Shown in pieces: positions 16,513 to 23,805 of a stretch of DNA of 60,535 nt. The notes beneath the pieces were generated by a model. The model did not search any database. It was not told where the DNA came from and saw nothing but the letters and a program-made list of their open reading frames with translations. The DNA is from an uncultured Candidatus Saccharibacteria bacterium (GTDB lineage: Bacteria; Patescibacteriota; Minisyncoccia; Phycocordibacterales; Phycocordibacteraceae). How positions within the stretch are numbered: position 1 is the stretch's first letter; each line of letters opens with the position of its first letter. Made by a program: the position numbers and the translations under genes. The stretch lies in contig CAZYZM010000001.1 of NCBI GenBank assembly GCA_964651935.1, forward strand, positions 1-60,535, read 5' to 3'.

Positions 16513-16620
16513 AGGCGTGGGTGATTAGGGCGGAGAGTTCTGTCTTCGGGCGCGCATTCGTCAGTCTGCCGGACGAACGCGCGACCGAAGGCAGGAATGC
16601 TCCTGTCTTCGGATAATCGG

Positions 16621-17775
16621 CTACATGCTGCCGTTGTCTGCCGTGCGCGTGATATGCGTCATGGTGTGGCCGGAAACCGTCACGAACTCAGCGTGCGTGA
16701 GCGAGCCCCCGGTAGTGATCGTGCCGCCTGCGCCGCCATTGCCGCCATCGCCTCCGGCACCGCCCGTGGAGGAACCCGAACCGTTCCCAGTGGTGCTGCC
16801 GGAACCCGAAACTACGGCGGAGCCGCCCACGGAACCGCCTGCGCCGGTCCCGCCCGTCGAGTGGTTATCGCCCGTTAACGCGTCGACCGTGATGCCGTTG
16901 GCCGCATCCGAGGAACCCGTATTCGAGACCGTCACGTCATTGCCGCCGGTATACGTGCGGGTGTAGTGGATATCGGTGTTGTAATGCTCGTCGGACGACT
17001 GGAACGCCGTATCGTGGTACCAGGCGTCGAGCATGTTCTGGAAGCTGCCCTCCGAGTTGTCGTAGCTGTCCGCCGAGGAACTGTCCGCAGAGCTCGAGCT
17101 CTGGGACGAGGAATCCGACGTGGACGAGCTCGAGTCGCTGCTGTCGGCGTTGTCCGTATCGGTCCCGTTCGAAGCGTCGCTGTCCGTGCTGGACGAGCTG
17201 TCGCTGCTGTCCGAGTCATCGGAACTGCTCTGGGACGAGGAATCGTCCGACGTATTTGACGCATTCTCGTTCGAGTGCGAGCTGGTGGTCGATTCGGAGC
17301 CGCTCGAGTGGTCGCTCGCGCTCGCCTCCTCATCCGTTCCTGACGAGGACGATGCGCCGGTATGGTGCGCGTAGTCGAAGGTCTCGTCGTAGTCGCCGCC
17401 GACCGTATCCTCTACGTTCGTGGAGGTCGTATTGAGGTCGTTCGCGATATACGCCTCGGCGATGGCGTCGCCGGTCGAGATGGAGCCGCCGTTGCCGCCC
17501 CAGCCTCCCCAGCCGCCTGCGCCGCCCGTGGCGGAGCCTCCGTTGCCGTTGCTTCCGCTCACCGTACCGCTGCCGCCCTGCGCGCCCCGGCTGCCGGAGC
17601 CGCCCTCGGAAGAGTTGCCCCCCGTCGTCGCGGATACGTGTACTGAATTAGTAACGCTCGCGCTGCCGCTGTTGGTCACCGTCACCGTGCCTGCGAATGC
17701 TGCAGGTGCGCCGAAGGCAAACATGCCGGCTATCGCGAGTACTGAACTGGCCTTTGCGAGTAGTCTTGTTATCAT
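16621..17775 (-). CDS. secreted Gly/Ser/Asp-rich low-complexity protein, related to the neighbouring surface protein
   Basis: 384 aa with signal peptide ...AFGAPAAFAG. Two GGN...TGDA/TGG modules flank a Ser/Asp-rich acidic linker. Confidence 0.7.
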   Translation of the reverse strand: MITRLLAKASSVLAIAGMFAFGAPAAFAGTVTVTNSGSASVTNSVHVSATTGGNSSEGGSGSRGAQGGSGTVSGSNGNGGSATGGAGGWGGWGGNGGSISTGDAIAEAYIANDLNTTSTNVEDTVGGDYDETFDYAHHTGASSSSGTDEEASASDHSSGSESTTSSHSNENASNTSDDSSSQSSSDDSDSSDSSSSTDSDASNGTDTDNADSSDSSSSTSDSSSQSSSSADSSSADSYDNSEGSFQNMLDAWYHDTAFQSSDEHYNTDIHYTRTYTGGNDVTVSNTGSSDAANGITVDALTGDNHSTGGTGAGGSVGGSAVVSGSGSTTGNGSGSSTGGAGGDGGNGGAGGTITTGGSLTHAEFVTVSGHTMTHITRTADNGSM

Positions 17776-17936
17776 GTTGCGTGTGTTAGTGGTAAAGAAC
17801 TGCTAATGCACGTGCGATCGAGGCACGTATGCCCGGTGATTGCGAGCACCACGGTAGTATCGGCGCGAGGCGCTGAATTGAAGGTGAATCGCCGCCGTAG
17901 CGGCGCATCATTCGGGAGCGTGCAGGGATAGATATA

Positions 17937-17970
17937 GGAAGAGCGCCCGGCTTCGCCGGGCGCTCTTTCC
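17937..17970 (-). terminator. GC-rich hairpin downstream of the KGG gene (possible terminator)
   Basis: GAGCGCCCGG-CTTCG-CCGGGCGCTC: a 10-bp stem. The U-tract on the minus strand is weak. Confidence 0.35.
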
Positions 17971-17984
17971 TAATTTGCGTACGG

Positions 17985-18197
17985 TCAGGTGCGGGACAGG
18001 CCAGGGTCCCCTAGCTTGCGCGACCGTCCTCCCTTTCCGCCGGCGATGCTCGCGCGCAACGGATGGTGCGCGAAGTTCGCCGGATTGTTCCCTTTGCCCT
18101 GGCTCTTCCCTCCTTTGGAGGAAAGGAGCCGCTGGAGCTCTGTGCTCATCGCGGCGAAGCCGCGCTTTTTCTTAGGAACGTCCATGATATCGGCCAT
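17985..18197 (-). CDS. KGG-repeat general stress protein
   Basis: 70 aa. GFAAMSTELQRLLSSKGGKSQGKG and a second KGG-like unit (IAGGKGGRS) match the stress-induced KGG motif family. Confidence 0.7.
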   Translation of the reverse strand: MADIMDVPKKKRGFAAMSTELQRLLSSKGGKSQGKGNNPANFAHHPLRASIAGGKGGRSRKLGDPGLSRT

Positions 18198-18258
18198 ACT
18201 ACGGGCTTCGTGCTGAAAAAGGCGTTAAAGCGGAACCGTAGCGGCACGCCTTACCGCG

Positions 18259-19158
18259 CTAGAAGACGACGCGTATGATGACCGTCCCCGATGCCGGCGT
18301 TATGGTCTGCACCGGCAGTTCGCGCACGGGCGCGGGCCGTGTCTCGGCTTCCCGGTAGCGGCGCTTCAGGTCGCGCAGGAACTCCTTCCCTTCCGACGTC
18401 TCGAGATAGCTGACCGCGAAGCCGTCCCCGTCGAGCGCGCTCGGTGTCGCCTGAACGGAAGAGTGCGAGCGGTCCATCAGCACCGGCTCCGCCGCCTGCG
18501 ATGAGATGAGCTTCGAGAACGGGATGACAGCTCCGCCGGCTGTCGTCGCGGAAGCATCCGTGAAGCTGACCGTGCCGAAATCGCTGAGCGGAAGGTACCC
18601 TTCATCGCGGTCGGTTATCGCGAACGGCCGTTCGACGATCCATTCGGCCGATGCGTTGTTCGAGACGTAGTAGACATAGGTCTCGTACTCGATGCCGGTC
18701 GTATCGTTGCTGAATATGAGGTGCCAGAGGTTCGGCAGCTCTTCCTGCAGCGACGCCGATACGGCATCGCCCGGAGAGACGGCGACGGGCAGCTCGCGTG
18801 CGGCATCGGGAAGCGTCTCGTACCAGGCATGGTACGTCGTGGCGCCGTTCCTCGAGAGCGCCTGGGTGCCGAGCTGGATGAGGTCGCTCGCCCGCGAGCC
18901 GCCGATCCCTATCCATACGACGTTCGCCGAGAGGTCGTCGTCCGCAGGCGAGGCTTCCGGCACTACCCAGCTGCCGCGCACGCCCGCATATGCAGTATCG
19001 TCGGCGACGTACCCTGACCAGTTATGAGAAAAGTGGACGGTATCCGCCTGCGGGAGCGCGACCTCCTCGGCGGCGAAGGCATGCGGCGCGCCTGCCGCGA
19101 GGCTTGCGACGAGAGCCGCGCTGAGCAGGAAGGAGGCGGTGAAAAGTCTCATACGCAT
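18259..19158 (-). CDS. secreted peptidase G1 (eqolisin/glutamic peptidase)-like protein
   Basis: 299 aa with a signal peptide ending AFAAEE. NWSGYV, VWIGIGG..DLIQLGTQ and SAEWIVERP match the conserved Gln/Glu catalytic blocks of family G1. Confidence 0.6.
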   Translation of the reverse strand: MRMRLFTASFLLSAALVASLAAGAPHAFAAEEVALPQADTVHFSHNWSGYVADDTAYAGVRGSWVVPEASPADDDLSANVVWIGIGGSRASDLIQLGTQALSRNGATTYHAWYETLPDAARELPVAVSPGDAVSASLQEELPNLWHLIFSNDTTGIEYETYVYYVSNNASAEWIVERPFAITDRDEGYLPLSDFGTVSFTDASATTAGGAVIPFSKLISSQAAEPVLMDRSHSSVQATPSALDGDGFAVSYLETSEGKEFLRDLKRRYREAETRPAPVRELPVQTITPASGTVIIRVVF

Positions 19159-19173
19159 AGGATAGCAGAGGCG

Positions 19174-19722
19174 TCAGAACGGCCGATGAAGCGGGAACCG
19201 CGTGAGGCCCCAGCCGATGCCGGCGACCGCGATGAGGAAGAGGAACGCCCACCACGGCACCGGCGAGCGCGCAGCCGACGGCGTCGACGAGGAGGCGGGA
19301 ATGGCCGAGACCACGTCGCCGCCGGCCGTGGCGACGCTCACCGCAGGCATGATGCCCTGCCCCGGCGCGCCGATGCCTTCCGGCGAGAGCGTAACGAGAT
19401 AATGATATGACTGAGCGCCGTCCGCGCGGGCGGTCAGGATGAAAGTGTAGGCGTGCGAGGAGGAGAGCTCGTCGACCGTGAAGAGATGGTCGACCTGCGG
19501 GACAGAATCCGTAAGGGTGATTTCCGACCCGTCGACGGCCGTATAGTCGAGCATGCCGACGGCGGGAATGTCCGTCGTGAAGGAGAGCGAGACCGTGCTC
19601 GTCGAGATGCGTATCGCGCGGATGAGCGAGAGCGATACGTCCGAAGACGGCGCCGCCTGCGCCGGAACGGCGCAGGCGAGCAGCGACCCTATGAACAGGA
19701 AGGATATGAGCCGTGCGCGCAT
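19174..19722 (-). CDS. secreted protein with a C-terminal membrane anchor, function unknown
   Basis: ORF trimmed to MRARLISFLFIGSLLACAVPAQA (signal peptide). It has a beta-rich middle and a C-terminal helix WWAFLFLIAVAGIGWGL. The upstream in-frame extension is Arg-rich and overlaps the next gene. Confidence 0.6.
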   Translation of the reverse strand: MRARLISFLFIGSLLACAVPAQAAPSSDVSLSLIRAIRISTSTVSLSFTTDIPAVGMLDYTAVDGSEITLTDSVPQVDHLFTVDELSSSHAYTFILTARADGAQSYHYLVTLSPEGIGAPGQGIMPAVSVATAGGDVVSAIPASSSTPSAARSPVPWWAFLFLIAVAGIGWGLTRFPLHRPF

Positions 19723-19778
19723 CCCCTCCACTATACCGCACTTCCCTTCAGGCGGGGCGCCTCCGGCGCCCCGCCCCG

Positions 19779-20198
19779 CTATTTCGCGCGCGCGCCGAAA
19801 TGGAAGCTCGCGTACGAGAGGTAGCCCGCGCCGATAGCGCCGAACCACGAGAGCCAGAGCGGCGCCTCGACGTTCTCGAGGATGATCGTCCAGCCGAAGG
19901 CCAGGCGCGCCAGGTGCACGAGACACACGACGAGGAAGACGAGCCCGACGACGTAGAGGAGCGTGCGCTCGCGCGGCGAAGCCGGCACGCGCGTGCGCCA
20001 TGCGTAGTGCGAGAGAAGGATGATAAGCGCCAGGTCGAAGGCGGCGATCGGCAGTATCGCCGATGCGGTCCAGGTTACCCCGAGTATCGTGAGGGGGAAG
20101 AATCCGGCGCTTCCGAACCAGAGGACGCTCACGAGGTCGGCGATGAACAGGCCGACGCCGATCTTCGCGAGCTCCCTGAGTACGTTGCGGTGCTTCAT
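19779..20198 (-). CDS. hypothetical 4-helix membrane protein
   Basis: 139 aa with four hydrophobic segments. No motif recognised. Confidence 0.55.
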   Translation of the reverse strand: MKHRNVLRELAKIGVGLFIADLVSVLWFGSAGFFPLTILGVTWTASAILPIAAFDLALIILLSHYAWRTRVPASPRERTLLYVVGLVFLVVCLVHLARLAFGWTIILENVEAPLWLSWFGAIGAGYLSYASFHFGARAK

Positions 20199-20230
20199 GA
20201 TGATGCGTGATGGTTAGCTATGGATACCTC

Positions 20231-22597
20231 TCAAGTATACCGCTCTGCGCGCGGCTCGCGGTGCGGCATGTGCGCAACCTTCACGAGCTCTGCGACCATC
20301 ATGAAGCCGATGCACCAGATCCAGATGAACAGCGCGAGCTCCCACGGCAGCGGCGCGGGCATGAGCCAGCCGGTAAGCGCGAGCAGGGTCGCGAGCGCCT
20401 GCGTGCAGCTCGTGGCGAGGATGACCGTGCGGCTTGGGAGGTACCGCCACCAGCGCTCCTTCGTATGCGCGACGTAGATGAGCAGGTGCCCCGAGACCGT
20501 GAGCTTGAGGAAGAAGAGCGTCTCGATCACCGGCAGCGAGAGCTGCAGGAAGTGAACCGCCATGAAAAAGATGATGAGGCTGTTGGCGATGCCGACGCAT
20601 CCGTAGAGGAGGCTCTGCTCGAACTGCTTCCGCACGTCGAGCTTCGCAGGCCGGTTCCCTATGCGCACGCGGTCGGTAGCCAGCGAGATGATAGGAATGT
20701 CGTTGAGGAGCGCGAGCAGGATGAGCTGCAACGGCGAGAGCGGATACGTGCCGGTAACGATGCCGAGGATGACGATCGTGACGATGAGCCGGAAGCTCTC
20801 GGAAATACGGTACAGGGAGTATGAATACAGGCGCTCGAATATCTTGCGCCCTTCGATGATGGCGTCCTTGATGACGCCGATGCCGGAAGAAAGGAGCACG
20901 ATGTCGGCCGCGCCCTTGAGCGCGTCGACGGCGTTAGAGACCGCGAACCCGACATTCGCCGCTTTTACTGCGGGAAGGTCGTTGATGCCGTCGCCGTTGG
21001 AGGCGACGACGTAGAACTTCCGGGCGCGCTCTACGAGCGCGAGCTTGTCTTCGGGAAGGATCTCGGCGAAGGCCTGCGCATCGCGGAACGTCCGCGCGCC
21101 GACCGCGTTCCAGTCCTCCTTCAGGAGCTCGTCGCGCGAGATGATCCTGTTGCCCGGCAAGGAGAGCTTCTGCGCGATCTCGCGCGCGATAGCGCGGTTA
21201 TCGCCGGTCACCATCACGACCTCGATGCCGTTCTCGCCGAGGAACGAGACGACATCCTGCGCATCGGGACGCAGCTCGTCAGAGAGCGCGAAAAGGCCCA
21301 GCAGCGTCATGCGCGCCTCGTCCTTCCCGTCGGCACGGGCGAGCGCGAGCGCACGGTATCCTGCGTCGGCGAGCCGGTCCACGTCTGCCGCGAACTGCGC
21401 GGCGAGCGTGTCCGGAAGGTCGCACAGGGCGGCGATGACCTGCGGCGCGCCGAGCGAAAGCGTCTGCGTGCCGCCTTCGCCCGTACCGTCCTGCGCGACG
21501 GTGAGCGTCGCGCGCTTGCGGGAAGAATCCGCCGGAACATAGCGCACCGCCGTGCGCTGCGCCGGCGTCGCGCCGTGCATGACCGCCGCATTGAGCGCCT
21601 CCTCCGGCTCCTGCAGCGCCACGAGGGCGCCGAGCGCGCGCACCTGCGCCTCATCCGCGCCGTACGCAACGACCTCGTTCACCGTGATGCGGTTCTGCGT
21701 GAGCGTGCCGGTCTTGTCCGTGAGCAGAAGGTCGGTATTCGCCAGCTCTTCGAGCGAGGAGAGCTGGCGAACGACGACCTGCTTCTTCGCCAGCGCGATG
21801 ACGCCGAAGGCGATGATGAGCGAGATGACCGTCGGCAGCGAGATGGGGATACCGGCGATGACGAGCGAGAGGTCCAGGCGCAGCACTTCCAGCCACGACG
21901 CATGGCCGAGCAGGAGCGTAAGGGTGAGGATGCCGACCGCGAAGAGGCTTATGACGGAAAGGAACTTCGTGATGCGCAGGATGTCGCGCTCGAGCGCGCT
22001 CCTCTGCGGGCCTACCTCCGCTTTCGCGAGCGTCTTGCCGAAGGATGTCTGATTTCCTACGGCCGTCACGCGCGCGGTGATGACGCCGGACGCGACGAAG
22101 GAACCGGAATAGAGCGTATCGCCTGCCTTCTTCTCCTTCGGCAAGGATTCTCCCGTAACCGCCGCCTCGTTCGCGCTCGCGCTGTTCGCCTCGAGCGCCT
22201 CTGCATCCGCGGGGATGACGCTGCCCGACCGCAGCTCGATGACGTCGCCGGGCGCCAGCAGGCGCGAAGGCACCGTCTTCCACGCGCCGTCGCGCAGCGT
22301 CTTCACGGACGCTGCCAGATGCTCGTTCAATTCTTGTATCGCCGTATCCGCCTTGCGTTCCTGCCAGACTGAGATGCCGACATTGAGCACGAGCAGGAAG
22401 AGGATGAACGAGCCGTCGAAGGCCTTTCCGCTCACGTAGGAGAGGACGGCCGCCAAGAGCAGCATGCCCGTTATGGGCGATACGCTCTTCCTGAGTATCT
22501 TCTCGGCGAGCGTCTGCCGGTGCTCATCGATCTCGTTGTATCCGTGGGCGGCGTGGTATTCCTGCGCGGCCTGCGTGCTGATGCCGGTGGTGTCCAC
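20231..22597 (-). CDS. P-type cation-transporting ATPase (type II/III-like)
   Basis: 788 aa. Phosphorylation motif DKTGTLTQN, TGES actuator motif, MVTGDN, and GDGINDLPAVKAANVGFAV. Confidence 0.9.
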   Translation of the reverse strand: MDTTGISTQAAQEYHAAHGYNEIDEHRQTLAEKILRKSVSPITGMLLLAAVLSYVSGKAFDGSFILFLLVLNVGISVWQERKADTAIQELNEHLAASVKTLRDGAWKTVPSRLLAPGDVIELRSGSVIPADAEALEANSASANEAAVTGESLPKEKKAGDTLYSGSFVASGVITARVTAVGNQTSFGKTLAKAEVGPQRSALERDILRITKFLSVISLFAVGILTLTLLLGHASWLEVLRLDLSLVIAGIPISLPTVISLIIAFGVIALAKKQVVVRQLSSLEELANTDLLLTDKTGTLTQNRITVNEVVAYGADEAQVRALGALVALQEPEEALNAAVMHGATPAQRTAVRYVPADSSRKRATLTVAQDGTGEGGTQTLSLGAPQVIAALCDLPDTLAAQFAADVDRLADAGYRALALARADGKDEARMTLLGLFALSDELRPDAQDVVSFLGENGIEVVMVTGDNRAIAREIAQKLSLPGNRIISRDELLKEDWNAVGARTFRDAQAFAEILPEDKLALVERARKFYVVASNGDGINDLPAVKAANVGFAVSNAVDALKGAADIVLLSSGIGVIKDAIIEGRKIFERLYSYSLYRISESFRLIVTIVILGIVTGTYPLSPLQLILLALLNDIPIISLATDRVRIGNRPAKLDVRKQFEQSLLYGCVGIANSLIIFFMAVHFLQLSLPVIETLFFLKLTVSGHLLIYVAHTKERWWRYLPSRTVILATSCTQALATLLALTGWLMPAPLPWELALFIWIWCIGFMMVAELVKVAHMPHREPRAERYT

Positions 22598-22656
22598 TGG
22601 AAAAAGTATAGCAGCAGCCGCGCGTGCGCGCAGGTCGCTGCCGGTACCGGATGACC

Positions 22657-23721
22657 TTAACGTACCGCCTCTATGGCTGCGGCGCTCTGGGGCACGACGG
22701 GCTCGAGCGTATGCGTCGCGTTGTATGCCAGCACGCTAAGCGCGAAGACGATGACGACGAGGCCGCCGGAAAGCACTTCAAGGTACCGCACGCGCGCATG
22801 CGCGAGGAGCGCGAACAGGAGGCAGAGCAGCAGGAGCGCGGCAAGTCCGCCGAGCGCATAGATGCTGGTGTTCAGCGGCGAGGCGGCGAGCTGCGCGAGG
22901 AACTGCAGGGTGGGCGACTCGCCCGCGTACGTCTCGCCGTTCTGTACGCCGAGCACCGTCGTCGTACCTGCCTCTGCCTCGCTCGCGATACCGCCTACCG
23001 CATCTTCTGCATCCGTCGCCGCAGCTCCCGCCTGTTCCGGCGCAGGCGCTTCGCTCTGCGAGGTCTCTGCATCCTCTCCGCCCGGCAGCACATCCTTCAC
23101 CGCTGCGGTTATCGGGCCGTCCGGCTTCTCTTCCTTCGTTACTGTCTCGTCCGCGGGCGTCGTCGCGAATTCCTGCACCACGAAGGTCGTCTCCTTCCCT
23201 TCATAGATGCCTTTCGCGACCGCGTACCCCACCCGCGTGTACTGCGGCTTCACGATGTTGGCGCGGTGCGTAGGCGAGTTCATCCACGCCTCTTCCACCG
23301 CCGTGGAATCGTCGAAGTTCACGGCGAGGTTCTCGCCGGCATAAGTGTAGTCGTAGCCGACCTGGTCGAGCCAGTACCACGGCGTCTTCCCTTCGGGGCT
23401 CGTATGCGCGAAGTATCCCTTCGCCGCCATGTCGTCAGCCTTGAGCTGCGCGGCCTTCGCAAGCAGCGGGTCGTTCGCCAGGGGTGCCACGCCCTGCGCG
23501 TGCCGGTCGGCGTTCGTAAGGCCCAGGAGCGTCGCCGGAAGGACGGACGCGAGGAAGGACTGATGGTCCTGGGCGATCTTCGTGTCCAGGATGTAGGCGC
23601 CCTCGAATATGAGGACGGCCGCCAGGAGGGCTGTTACCGCCGTGCGCTTGAAGAGCTTCGGATGGTAGCCATTCCCCGTGTGCGGCACGAAGAAGTCCTT
23701 GAGCGGCGAGCGGGATGCCAT
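22657..23721 (-). CDS. membrane-anchored CAP/SCP (PR-1-like, YkwD-type) domain protein
   Basis: 354 aa. An N-terminal helix, then the CAP block LLAKAAQLKADDMAAKGYFAHTSPEGKTPWYWL...AGENLAV...AWMNSPTHRANIV, and two C-terminal helices. Confidence 0.75.
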   Translation of the reverse strand: MASRSPLKDFFVPHTGNGYHPKLFKRTAVTALLAAVLIFEGAYILDTKIAQDHQSFLASVLPATLLGLTNADRHAQGVAPLANDPLLAKAAQLKADDMAAKGYFAHTSPEGKTPWYWLDQVGYDYTYAGENLAVNFDDSTAVEEAWMNSPTHRANIVKPQYTRVGYAVAKGIYEGKETTFVVQEFATTPADETVTKEEKPDGPITAAVKDVLPGGEDAETSQSEAPAPEQAGAAATDAEDAVGGIASEAEAGTTTVLGVQNGETYAGESPTLQFLAQLAASPLNTSIYALGGLAALLLLCLLFALLAHARVRYLEVLSGGLVVIVFALSVLAYNATHTLEPVVPQSAAAIEAVR

Positions 23722-23740
23722 TGGGTTCAGAATACAACGC

Positions 23741-23781
23741 TTTTATAAAACAGCAAGCCCGCGCGGTGCGCGGGCTTGCTG
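23741..23781 (-). terminator. intrinsic terminator after the beta-helix protein gene
   Basis: A 13-bp stem CAGCAAGCCCGCG/CGCGGGCTTGCTG followed on the minus strand by TTTTATAAAA. Confidence 0.8.
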
Positions 23782-23805
23782 CCGGTCCGTTTCCCCGCCT
23801 ATGGG

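Noticed and set aside
16621-17775. Highly repetitive DNA, checked as a possible CRISPR array or tandem-repeat locus
   Set aside because: The repetitiveness is imperfect codon-level low complexity (Gly/Ser/Asp runs) inside one continuous signal-peptide-bearing ORF. There is no regular repeat-spacer periodicity. No CRISPR array was seen anywhere in the window.
22624-23748. 374-aa plus-strand ORF
   Set aside because: It is antisense to the CAP-domain gene. No motif.
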